A stretch of DNA of 64,000 bases, taken from positions 2,155,472-2,219,471 of the forward strand of contig OX638353.1 of NCBI GenBank assembly GCA_951813255.1, written 5' to 3'. The notes under the pieces are model-generated. The model saw only the letters and a program-made list of their open reading frames with translations, made no database searches and had not been told where the DNA came from. A program made the position numbers and the translations under genes. Below are positions 50,829 through 61,113 of this stretch, piece after piece. How positions within the stretch are numbered: the stretch's first letter is position 1; every line of letters starts with the position of its first letter. The DNA is from an uncultured Dehalococcoidia bacterium (GTDB lineage: Bacteria; Chloroflexota; Dehalococcoidia; Lucifugimonadales; JAAXIE01).

Positions 50829-51947
50829 CTAATCGTCATTATCGCCCACATCGTCGACCTCGACTTCATATTCCGACGTCGCAACAGTGTCCTGTTGCTG
50901 CACGGCGTCATACACGGCTTGGATGAGCCCAATCAAGGTGTTCCTGTGCGTATCCCAATCGGGAGCGGTCAATCTGAACTGGATTTCGGTTCCAGGCTCA
51001 AGGGGATTTCCCTTTCGTCCCTTCGGATATGTATCGAATGGTATATCTCCAATAGCTTCCTGAAACCCGTCCGGGCACAGCTCAACGGCGCGAGAATAGA
51101 ACAACAGGTCCACCCTGTGTTCGTGCGCGGCCACGCGAGCGTATGCTAGGTATCTACGCCGGGATATGTCAGACATATCCCGCAGATACAGACCAATGCG
51201 GCGTGTGCCAACGTTTTCATCGTGTACTGTCCAATTTCTCCGAAAGGTGGACACGGCTTCCACAAATAGATCATGCACTCCGAGGTCCTTAGCTAAATCG
51301 ACGAGGTGCTCCCATCTCTCAGCCTTGCTCGGCGTGTCGCGTCTCCCAGCACCATTGCCGACCCCACTGGTGCTTTCGACATTCAGCTGTCGGGCCAAGA
51401 GTGTCTTGCCTTCGTAGGAGAATCCATAGAAAGTCAGCAGCGAAATATCCATGCCACTGCTCTTGGCGAGGAAAGTTACCATTCGCTCAGTCCTATTATC
51501 GACGCCGAGTCCTACCAATACTGTCCGTATTGGGCGCAGGGATTCCAACCCATCTCCCTGCGCATTGTCACCATACCATTCTTCAAAGTTCTCTATTCTC
51601 TCGATACCGTGCCTAGCCGAATTGTGAGAGATATGCTGGCATAGTTCACCATCATCCAAGGAGTCCAAGTACGAAGCATAATCGATCACCTGGGCAACAG
51701 CGTCACGCGACAACGTGCCCCGCTTGAGTTCGAACACCACCAAGCGACCTTCCTCGTCTACACCAAGCAGGTCTAGTGGGCCTCCTTCTGTTGGAGTTTG
51801 CCTCCCTACTAATCGAAGGCCCGGCATAAGCAATTCGGGATGAGCAACTAAGGTTTTTTCAAGCAGTGACTCCGACGCCACCGCATCAGATGCCTCCACC
51901 GGTGCAACACCAACATCATCAACCGACCAAATCTTGATCTGATCCAC
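50829..51947 (-). CDS. PD-(D/E)xK nuclease with a NucS/EndoMS-type catalytic motif at the N-terminus and a ~270-aa C-terminal region of unknown function with an acidic tail
   Basis: LEKTLVAHPELLMPGLRLVGRQTPTEGGPLDLLGVDEEGRLVVFELKRGTLSRDAVAQVIDYASYL matches the NucS C-terminal nuclease-domain pattern. The rest has no recognizable motif. Confidence 0.6.
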   Translation of the reverse strand: MDQIKIWSVDDVGVAPVEASDAVASESLLEKTLVAHPELLMPGLRLVGRQTPTEGGPLDLLGVDEEGRLVVFELKRGTLSRDAVAQVIDYASYLDSLDDGELCQHISHNSARHGIERIENFEEWYGDNAQGDGLESLRPIRTVLVGLGVDNRTERMVTFLAKSSGMDISLLTFYGFSYEGKTLLARQLNVESTSGVGNGAGRRDTPSKAERWEHLVDLAKDLGVHDLFVEAVSTFRRNWTVHDENVGTRRIGLYLRDMSDISRRRYLAYARVAAHEHRVDLLFYSRAVELCPDGFQEAIGDIPFDTYPKGRKGNPLEPGTEIQFRLTAPDWDTHRNTLIGLIQAVYDAVQQQDTVATSEYEVEVDDVGDNDD

Positions 51948-52006
51948 TGTAGCTACCCCATAGCGTTAGTAGCGGTAGCGGAACTCTCCCCCTACCATCG
52001 TCCCCA

Positions 52007-52273
52007 CTACCTTACCCCTAAACCCAGCCCCGTGAAAGGGGGTGTTCCTCCCCTTGGACGCGAACGCAGAGTATCCTCGGCGCTCAGCACCTTCCCCGCT
52101 TCCTCGAACGAAATCCGCGTCCGCGTGCTCGCCTCAAGGAACAGCGTCATCACCACCTTGCCCCGCAGCGGAGGCACCTTCTTGATGTCCCGCCGCAGCA
52201 CCTCCTTCATCGCCTCGGAGGTCTGCAACACCTGCTCTATCTCATCAGCCGAAAAGTCGTCCAGGTCCAGCAC
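52007..52273 (-). pseudogene. pyrB: Truncated aspartate carbamoyltransferase (pyrB) remnant. Only ~60 N-terminal codons are PyrB-like.
   Basis: [55 protein letters not shown] matches the PyrB N-terminus (carbamoyl-phosphate-binding STRTR motif). The sequence then diverges and terminates, and the nuclease gene starts 60 nt downstream. Confidence 0.7.
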
Positions 52274-52337
52274 ATGCTATCTCGCCGGCAGCCGCCCCAC
52301 CTCCGGCACGCCATCCACAACCGCCGGTTCGGTGCTC

Positions 52338-52934
52338 CTAGCAGTTGTCGCCATTCCCTGCCTCCCTCTCATCATCTTTTTCGAGAATGGGGAGACCCAG
52401 TATCCGCTTGCTCACCACCACCTCGTCGATGCTGTCCACCTCCAGCAACCGCACCTTCACCATCTCATCCCACTCCGTGGCCAGCGTGCGCCCCACGTAA
52501 TCAGCCCTGATGGGAAGCTCTTGGTGCCCCCGGTCCACCAGTATCGCCAGCTGCACCTGCCCCGGCCGCCCGAAGTCCATCAGAGCATCCAAGGCCGCCC
52601 GTATCGTCCGCCCCGTGAACAGCACATCGTCCACCAGCACCACCCTCTTCCCATCAACCCGGAACGGCATCTGCGTCGGCCTAACCAGCGGCTGCGCCCG
52701 CTCCTGCAAATCATCCCGGTACAGGTTGATATCCAGCGCCCCCACCGGGACCTCCGTCCCTTCCAGTTCACCCAAGTCCGACGCCAGCCTCGCCGCCAGC
52801 GGAAACCCCCTCCGCTGTATCCCAACCAGCGCCACATCCGCCAGCCCCCGGTTCCGCTCCACCACCTCATACGCGATACGCGTAAGCGACCGCCGCATAT
52901 CCTCCGCCGTCATAACCTGCAATTCTTGTTCCAC
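52338..52934 (-). CDS. pyrR: Bifunctional pyrimidine operon regulatory protein / uracil phosphoribosyltransferase PyrR
   Basis: [15 protein letters not shown] and PRPP-binding [17 protein letters not shown] motifs. 198 aa. Confidence 0.85.
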   Translation of the reverse strand: MEQELQVMTAEDMRRSLTRIAYEVVERNRGLADVALVGIQRRGFPLAARLASDLGELEGTEVPVGALDINLYRDDLQERAQPLVRPTQMPFRVDGKRVVLVDDVLFTGRTIRAALDALMDFGRPGQVQLAILVDRGHQELPIRADYVGRTLATEWDEMVKVRLLEVDSIDEVVVSKRILGLPILEKDDEREAGNGDNC

Positions 52935-53093
52935 GTCAACCTTCGAGGTGTAGTAGCCCCTCAGCCGAACAGCACAATATCTTGTGGCTCAGAGCCAAGC
53001 CCAATTATTGGCGGAAAGCGGGCTATGTCAAGGCAACCTGCCCCCAACCTTGAGACCCGGCGTACCGCAAGAGCCCCCACGAACCACGCTCCC

Positions 53094-53359
53094 CGTCATT
53101 CCCGCGAAGGCGGGAACCCACGGCCCCCAGACACAGCCCACGTCACCACTCCCAAGCAGTCAACCCACACCCCGCCATTCCTGCGCAGGCGGGAACCCAC
53201 GGCCCCAGACACAGCCCACGTCACCACCCGAAGCAATCAACCCACACCCCGTCATTCCCGCGAAGGCGGGAACCCACGGCCCCAGACACAGCCCACGTCA
53301 CCACCCCGCAGCAATCAACCGCCCTCCCGTCATTCCCGCGAAGGCGGGAACCCACGGCC
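53094..53359. repeat. Tandem array of four ~77-79-bp units. Each holds the 32-bp palindromic REP-like element (CGTCATTCCCGCGAAGGCGGGAACCCACGGCC) plus a near-identical 45-bp linker.
   Basis: Copies at 53094-53125, 53173-53204, 53250-53281 and 53328-53359. The linkers (CCCAGACACAGCCCACGTCACCAC...) are more than 85% identical to each other. Confidence 0.85.
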
Positions 53360-53501
53360 TGGACGATGAAACAAGTCGCCACGCCCCCCGCATCGACACC
53401 CTCTTCCGCGTCCTCGACACCCTCGACCTCCGCTCCTCCCTCCGTTCATCGCGAGCGAAGGGAGCGGGACCTACATCCCACCCCTGTATACTCACAACGT
53501 C

Positions 53502-53786
53502 ATGACCCCCTGCGTCTATATCCTAGCTAGCGGCACCAAAGGAACCCTCTACATCGGCGTCACATCCGATCTCCCCCAACGCCTGTGGCAACACATGAGC
53601 GGCTACGGCAGCCATTTTGCCCGCCGCTACGCCGTAGACCGCCTAGTCTGGTACGAAACCCACGAGTCCATGATCAGCGCCATCTCCCGCGAAAAAGCCA
53701 TGAAGAAATGGCGTAGGGTCTGGAAAATCAGACTAATCGAAGAAACCAACCCATCCTGGTCCGACCTATCCGACAAGCTGGGCTAA
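53502..53786 (+). CDS. GIY-YIG nuclease family protein (94 aa, stand-alone)
   Basis: VYILASGTKGTLYIGVTSDLPQRLWQH is the GIY-YIG motif. It sits between the two repeat arrays. Confidence 0.75.
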   Translation: MTPCVYILASGTKGTLYIGVTSDLPQRLWQHMSGYGSHFARRYAVDRLVWYETHESMISAISREKAMKKWRRVWKIRLIEETNPSWSDLSDKLG

Positions 53787-53810
53787 CTCCAACCACCCAT
53801 CCAACCCCAC

Positions 53811-54442
53811 CGTCATTCCCGCGAAGGCGGGAACCCACGGCCCGAACCATCCCCCAACTCACTACTCCCTAGCCAACACCGCCAAAACCCTCAACGCCCA
53901 TCCATCCCCCGTTCATCCCAAGCGAAGACACCCTGCCCGTCAAACAACGAACTCAGCCCGAATCTTGACCAACTCAATACCCCACCGTCATTCCCGCGAT
54001 GGCGGGAACCCACGGCCCGGACCATCCCCTAACTCACTACTCCCCTAACCAACTGTGCCACCGTCATTCCCGCGGAGGCGGGAACCCACGGCCCGGACCA
54101 TCCCCTAACTCACTACTCTCTAACCAACACCCCCAAAACCCTCCACGCCCCCCCATCCCCCGTTCATCCCAAGCGAAGACGACCTGCCCGCCAAACAACG
54201 AACTCAGCCCGAATCTTGACCATCTCGCTACCCCACCGTCATTCCCGCGAAGGCGGGAACCCACGGCCCGGACCTTCCCCTAACTCACTACTCCCTAACC
54301 AACACCCCAAAACCCTCCACGCCCCTCCATCCCCCGTTCATCCCAAGCGAAGACACCCTGCCCGTCAAACAACGAACTCAGCCCGAATCTTGACCAACTC
54401 AATACCCCACCGTCATTCCCGCGATGGCGGGAACCCACGGCC
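53811..54442. repeat. Second tandem array: ~175-bp unit repeated about 3.5 times plus one 76-bp partial copy. Each unit begins with the same REP-like palindrome.
   Basis: REP copies at 53811, 53986, 54062, 54237 and 54411. Periods are 175, 76, 175 and 174 bp. Units are more than 90% identical. Confidence 0.85.
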
Positions 54443-54859
54443 CGGACCACCCCCTAACTCACTACTCCCTAACCAACGCAACCGGCTCCTCCACGTTCTT
54501 CCCTACACGACCCGGAAGAACTACGCAAAAGACTAAGCGACCGTATTCTCCAAGTCATAGGGCAAGGCCCCCTAGCCAATATTCACCCATAACTGCGCGC
54601 TCCTACATCGTTGATGCGTTCAGCCCTAGAGCCCCTAGCCATGCCACCCCTTTGACAATTCCCACACATTCGTTCTATACTGCCTACAGAGCGCGCTGGG
54701 GACTGCCTGCCCCGGACCCCGATCCGGGGACCCCAAAGGTCACCCCAACGCGCTTTCTTTTGCCAACCGCTCTCAAGGAGACCCGACCATCGGAATCCCA
54801 AGCGACACCCGGATCGACCCCGGCTTGCAGGCCGGTTCCACGTTCACGCTCCCTGTGAC

Positions 54860-55160
54860 CATTGCAGAAATTGCAGAGAAATTAGCTACGAAAAAACTCC
54901 CGCCAGCTACGACCAGTCTGCAACACGCAAAGCCCCTCCCTAGCCAGCCCAATCTCTCAATCAGACGAAATGGGCACAAATGGAACGAAATTCAAGGATT
55001 ACACCACCCCGCTGCACCAAATACTGCAAATAGGTTCAACAATCCCTATCTGGCCAGCTACAGCAGTGAGACCAATGAGCCTATTTTCAGCTACGAAAAA
55101 CGCATTGCAGCTACGCTGGCGGTATCACGCAACTGCGCAAGAGCCCCGTGGGCATCCAAA
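54860..55160. repeat. AT-rich dispersed repeat (copy 2), homologous to part of 36921-37140
   Basis: Shared segments are TATCTGGCCAGCTA and TTTTCAGCTAC(G/A)AAAAAC...AGCTACG. Also contains TTGCAGAAATTGCAGAGAAA. Local GC is far below the flanks. Confidence 0.65.
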
Positions 55161-55249
55161 TTGACGCCCCTCACAGCCCGTTGTTAGACTCGCCTCGAAT
55201 GGCGTCCCTCTTTGCAGGGCCGCTTCTCCCCCTGAAGGAGGTATAGCCC

Positions 55250-56929
<1,680 letters not shown>

Positions 56930-56992
56930 GAAGTCGCCCCGTCATTGCGGCAAAGGCCGCGATCCAGGGACGTATGATAGAAGAGGGCACCT

Positions 56993-57778
56993 TTGAAAAT
57001 ACTGGTAACCAACGACGACGGCATCAACTCCCCCGGCCTCTGGGCCGCCGTCCAAGCAGTCCGTCCCTACGGCGAAATATTCGTGGTGGCCCCCGACCGT
57101 GAGCAGAGTGGAGTCGGTCCCTCCCTGACCCTCCACATCCCCATCCGGGCCACCGAAGTCACTCCCCAGTTGCCCGGCTCGATTCGCGCCTTCGCAGTCG
57201 AGGGCACCCCCGGCGACTGTTCCGTTCTCGCGCTCGAGAAATTGGCAGGCTCCGTCGACCTGGTCGTATCCGGCATTAACATGGGCTCCAACCTCGCCAG
57301 CGACATCTTCGTCTCCGGCACTGTCGGAGCCGCCCTCCACGGTTACATGCGCGGCTTTTCTTCCATCGCCATGTCGGTGGCAGCCGTAAAAAACACCCGT
57401 TTCGACGCAGCCTCCACCATCCTCGGTGTCCTCGTCGGCCGCCTCCAGGAGCGCGAGGTGACCGGCCCCTTTCTCCTCAACGTCAACGTCCCCAACGACC
57501 CCATTGAGAACATCAAGGACATCAAGCTCTGTCGGCTTGCAGGCAAGAGTTACAGCGAAAACGTGCGCGAAGGTGATGATGGAAGAAGAAAATATTATTG
57601 GATAACACGCAACAAACCGATGCACCGGGACGAGGGCGAGGACACCGACGTCTGGGCCCTGAAGAACAACCGGGTCTCCATCACCCCGCTGGACTTCAAC
57701 CTTCAGTCATCCCACGCAGCCCTCTTCGAAGACGTGGTAGGGAACCTGCTGCCAAAGGCGAGTACCAGCCCAGTCTAG
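56993..57778 (+). CDS. surE: 5'/3'-nucleotidase SurE
   Basis: MKILVTNDDGINSPGL N-terminus is the SurE signature. Confidence 0.85.
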   Translation: MKILVTNDDGINSPGLWAAVQAVRPYGEIFVVAPDREQSGVGPSLTLHIPIRATEVTPQLPGSIRAFAVEGTPGDCSVLALEKLAGSVDLVVSGINMGSNLASDIFVSGTVGAALHGYMRGFSSIAMSVAAVKNTRFDAASTILGVLVGRLQEREVTGPFLLNVNVPNDPIENIKDIKLCRLAGKSYSENVREGDDGRRKYYWITRNKPMHRDEGEDTDVWALKNNRVSITPLDFNLQSSHAALFEDVVGNLLPKASTSPV

Positions 57779-57785
57779 ACCTCAA

Positions 57786-58667
57786 CTACCCCTTGACCAT
57801 GGTCACCATGCCCTCAGGAGGGGCTTCCTGACCACCAATGAGGAAGTTGCGCACCACCAGGTTGAATGTCTCGACCCGGTATCGCATAGGGGAATGACCT
57901 GCGGTCTGCCTCTCATCGCTTTCGATGATGGCAAGACTGGAGTTGGGTATCGCGTTGGCCAGCACCTCGCCATGGCGCATGGGCACCAGCTCGTCGTCAC
58001 GTCCCCAGATGATCAGCGTTGGCGCCTTGATGTCGCCGAGCCTGCCCGTGAGATCGGGGTCGCTGGGGTTGGCCCCTGCAAGCGACGTGAGCACCTCACG
58101 CCCCTTCCACTGGCTCTCGAACTCCTCGTTGTTCTGCATACTCTCCGGTGTATCGCCGAAGTCGCCAGCCACGCGGATGCTCTCCATCTTGGTGAAGGCA
58201 GCCCCGTAGAAGGTCTCCCTGTCGATGTTTATCAAGTCTGCCGCTGGACGGTCCGGCACACTCACTCCCATGGAGTCCACCAGTACTAGCTGCGACACCC
58301 GCGAAGGATGGTCAGCGGCTAGGTACTGGGCAATCCAGCCTCCGATGGAATGGCCCACCACCACGCAGGATGATATCGAGAGGGCATCGAGGAACTCCAC
58401 CATCAGCTCGGCGTAGTCTTTCACCGATTGGACGCGTTCAGGCACGCGACCATCGCGCCAGCCGGGTAGCTGGGGCACAAAGGGACAGTAGTTGATGGCC
58501 AGACTGAAGATGTGGCGCTCCCACGCACCCCAACCACCAAGACCGTGGAGGTAGAGGAGGGGCTCGCCCCTCACACCCTTAAGGTAGAAAAGAGTGATGC
58601 CGCCAACACTGGCGCTTTCCCTGCTGAACTGGGAGCCGAATCCGGCAAAACCGCTGGTCGTCACCAT
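57786..58667 (-). CDS. Alpha/beta-fold hydrolase
   Basis: Nucleophile elbow GHSIGG (VVVGHSIGGWIA). 293 aa. Confidence 0.7.
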   Translation of the reverse strand: MVTTSGFAGFGSQFSRESASVGGITLFYLKGVRGEPLLYLHGLGGWGAWERHIFSLAINYCPFVPQLPGWRDGRVPERVQSVKDYAELMVEFLDALSISSCVVVGHSIGGWIAQYLAADHPSRVSQLVLVDSMGVSVPDRPAADLINIDRETFYGAAFTKMESIRVAGDFGDTPESMQNNEEFESQWKGREVLTSLAGANPSDPDLTGRLGDIKAPTLIIWGRDDELVPMRHGEVLANAIPNSSLAIIESDERQTAGHSPMRYRVETFNLVVRNFLIGGQEAPPEGMVTMVKG

Positions 58668-58715
58668 GATGCCCTCGAACCTCTGAGAGGAGAGCGGAGG
58701 AACCCGTCCCCGTGC

Positions 58716-59225
58716 TCAGGCGGAGATATTCATCCAAATCTTGTAGACTTCGAACTCGAAGTAGGAGCCCTCGGCGGAAAGGTCCGGTTCCGGCGCCCCC
58801 TCCGGGGTCGACACTCGGAGCCGTATGACGTGGTCCTTTCCAACCTCGGCTCGTTGCTGTAGGGCGACGGCTGCGTCGTCGGCTCTCTGGTCGGAAATAC
58901 TGGTGAACTGCTCGTACTTACCCTCGAACAACACCTTCTGGTCCTCGCCAGAGGCCAGGCTTGTCTCCACCCTGACATCGACGTCGCCAGCGATGGGCTG
59001 ATTGTCGTTGGTGGCCAGATGCAGGCGAAAAGCGCTGCCCCGCTGCTCGAAGTTGGGCCCAGCGAAGATGACCTTGAAGGGGATGCCGTCGGCCCCCGCT
59101 TGTGGCACGCGCATGTGCCATGTAGCGGCGACTTGGCCATCTTCCCGCTGCACCGTCCTACCCACCACCTCCTCGGAGTCACTGGTCAGCTTGTAGTTCG
59201 AGTTGTCGAATAGGGGAAGAGTCAC
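58716..59225 (-). CDS. Hypothetical protein (169 aa)
   Basis: Clean ORF co-directional with the next gene. No motif recognized. Confidence 0.35.
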   Translation of the reverse strand: MTLPLFDNSNYKLTSDSEEVVGRTVQREDGQVAATWHMRVPQAGADGIPFKVIFAGPNFEQRGSAFRLHLATNDNQPIAGDVDVRVETSLASGEDQKVLFEGKYEQFTSISDQRADDAAVALQQRAEVGKDHVIRLRVSTPEGAPEPDLSAEGSYFEFEVYKIWMNISA

Positions 59226-59269
59226 CGTGATTTCTCCTTAAGCATTAGCAGGGCATCAGTCCAAGGGCC

Positions 59270-60460
59270 CTACGCAGCCACTGGGGCCTGCGCGGGCAAC
59301 CTGGTTACGGGCGCCTCCGTGCCGGGCTGATCTAGGTTGATTTTCTTAAGTTCAGGCAGGCAGTACTTGGCGAACATCTCCTTCGACTTCATCACCTTGT
59401 CGTGGGACATGTTGCCGCAGCGGAACATGCATAGCAGGTTGCCGTAGCCTGCCACCTCGGCGTCTCGCTTCAACCATTCCGTCACATAGTCAGGGTCACC
59501 GCACACCATAACGCCTTTGCGACGCCTCTCGTCGAAGGGGATGTCGTTAGAGAGGGCGTCGACCCCGGCATCCTGGGTGAGGGTTCGATGGGAGAAAGAC
59601 CTGTCGGTCTGGTGACCCGGCAGGGCCGCTGGCGCGTTCAGGGGCCGGGAGAAGCCTTGGGGCCCGAACATATAGTCCAGCGCCGGTCGTGCCTCCTCAA
59701 TGGCCTGCTCGTTGGTCTCGGCCACATGTATGAATCTGGACCCCGTGAATGTGCTGAAGGCAGGGTTCCAGCCATATTTCTCCCGTGCCACGTTTCTGTA
59801 GGTGTCGAAACAGTCGCGGAACATCTCCGTGGGGAACCAGACCTGGCAGCCGACAATCCGGCGCTCTGCGCAGAATTCGATGCTCTCCAACGATCCCGTA
59901 GGCATCCAGAATGGGATGGGATTCTGGATGGGGCGTGGCCAGACGGAGACCTTGGTCAACTGATAGAACTTGCCATCATAGTCAAACTCCTCCTCAGTGA
60001 GGCACTTGAATATGATGTCGAAACACTCCTTCAGTTTTTCGCGGCTGCTGAAGGGGTCGACATTGTAGGAAACGTACTCTGCCGGTATCCCCCTCACTAT
60101 GCCACCGATGAAACGCCCGCCGGAGAGGCAGTCGATCATGGCGAACTCCTCGGCGGTGCGTATGGGATGGCGCAGGGGTATGACGTTTCCGATAACCCCC
60201 ACCTTGATCTCCTTGGTGAGCATGGTGACGGCAGTGGTGGTGATGTTACAAGCGGGCTGAATATTGAACGCCGTAAAGTGGTGCTCGTTGGTCATGATGC
60301 CATCGAACCCCTGCTCTTCGCTGCATGCCCACTGTTCCATGTGCTCCATGTAGGTCTGGTGCACCAGCTTAGGATCACAGAAGCGGTTGCTGAACCTAGT
60401 TTCCCAACCGATTTCTGGAACGTAGGGGTAGGTAAGCTCGTCAAATTGCAAAAGCTTCAT
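59270..60460 (-). CDS. LLM-class (luciferase-like) flavin/F420-dependent oxidoreductase
   Basis: GFDGIMTNEHHF motif. The ATG at 60460 (preceded by AAGGAA) avoids overlap with the divergent gene at 60643. The ORF-track start at 60862 is unlikely. Confidence 0.65.
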   Translation of the reverse strand: MKLLQFDELTYPYVPEIGWETRFSNRFCDPKLVHQTYMEHMEQWACSEEQGFDGIMTNEHHFTAFNIQPACNITTTAVTMLTKEIKVGVIGNVIPLRHPIRTAEEFAMIDCLSGGRFIGGIVRGIPAEYVSYNVDPFSSREKLKECFDIIFKCLTEEEFDYDGKFYQLTKVSVWPRPIQNPIPFWMPTGSLESIEFCAERRIVGCQVWFPTEMFRDCFDTYRNVAREKYGWNPAFSTFTGSRFIHVAETNEQAIEEARPALDYMFGPQGFSRPLNAPAALPGHQTDRSFSHRTLTQDAGVDALSNDIPFDERRRKGVMVCGDPDYVTEWLKRDAEVAGYGNLLCMFRCGNMSHDKVMKSKEMFAKYCLPELKKINLDQPGTEAPVTRLPAQAPVAA

Positions 60461-60642
60461 AACTCGTTCCTTCGGAAGCATATTGGGGAATGCACCGAGG
60501 GCCTCCTCGGTTCGCTCAGAGTAGCCATGGCACTTGAGGGTGTCAACATCGGTAGTATGACCCTCCGGCCCGGCTTGTCCTGGCACCGACGGCCTGTCCA
60601 TGGGAACATACGGGTAGCAAGAAACGGACGGGATGTGACACG

Positions 60643-61107
60643 ATGGCAAAGACAGTCTACTTGGCCAACCCCTACGGGTTCTCTGAGCAGCAGAAGACAC
60701 TGCTGCTGCCTCTGGTGGTGGCAGCATTGGAAGAACTGGGCTTAGAGGTGTGGGAGCCCTTTGCCCGCAACAATCAGGTCGATTTCTCCCAAGCAGGATG
60801 GGCCTACCGCATAGGGCAAGCGGACTTCGCCGATGTGCGGCATGCCGACGCCATTTTCGCAATCGTCAATGGTGTGCCACCGGATGAAGGGGTCATGGTG
60901 GAATTGGGCATGGCGATCGCCTTGGGGAAGCCCACATTCCTGTTCCGGGACGACTTCCGACGCCTCTCCGACAGCAACGAGTATCCCCTGAATCTGATGG
61001 TATTCACCGGACTGCCGGAAAACGGCTGGGAGGACTACTACTACACATCCGTGGAGGAAATCGTTGCAGCACACAGGCCGCTGGCCAAATGGGCCAGCGG
61101 CCTGTAG
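60643..61107 (+). CDS. Nucleoside 2-deoxyribosyltransferase-like protein
   Basis: MAKTVYLANPYGFSE...FAIVNGVPPDEGVMVELGMAIALGKP matches the NDT family. Confidence 0.7.
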   Translation: MAKTVYLANPYGFSEQQKTLLLPLVVAALEELGLEVWEPFARNNQVDFSQAGWAYRIGQADFADVRHADAIFAIVNGVPPDEGVMVELGMAIALGKPTFLFRDDFRRLSDSNEYPLNLMVFTGLPENGWEDYYYTSVEEIVAAHRPLAKWASGL

Positions 61108-61113
61108 CGACGG

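Noticed and set aside
52032-53505. Long plus-strand ORFs (445 aa and 173 aa) in the ORF track
   Set aside because: They run antisense to pyrR and through the tandem REP arrays. Their translations are low-complexity Pro/Arg/His repeats generated by the repeat DNA.
53094-54442. Possible CRISPR array (regular ~32-bp repeat separated by 40-50-bp spacers)
   Set aside because: The spacers are nearly identical to one another, so these are tandem duplications of a 77-bp or 175-bp unit. The repeat is a palindrome with a GNRA loop (REP-like), copies also occur singly elsewhere (50709, 36865), and no cas genes are present.
60461-60862. N-terminal 134-aa extension of the LLM oxidoreductase
   Set aside because: The extension is Pro/Arg-rich and overlaps the divergent nucleoside deoxyribosyltransferase gene. 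The conserved fold begins at MKLLQF after an AAGGAA RBS.
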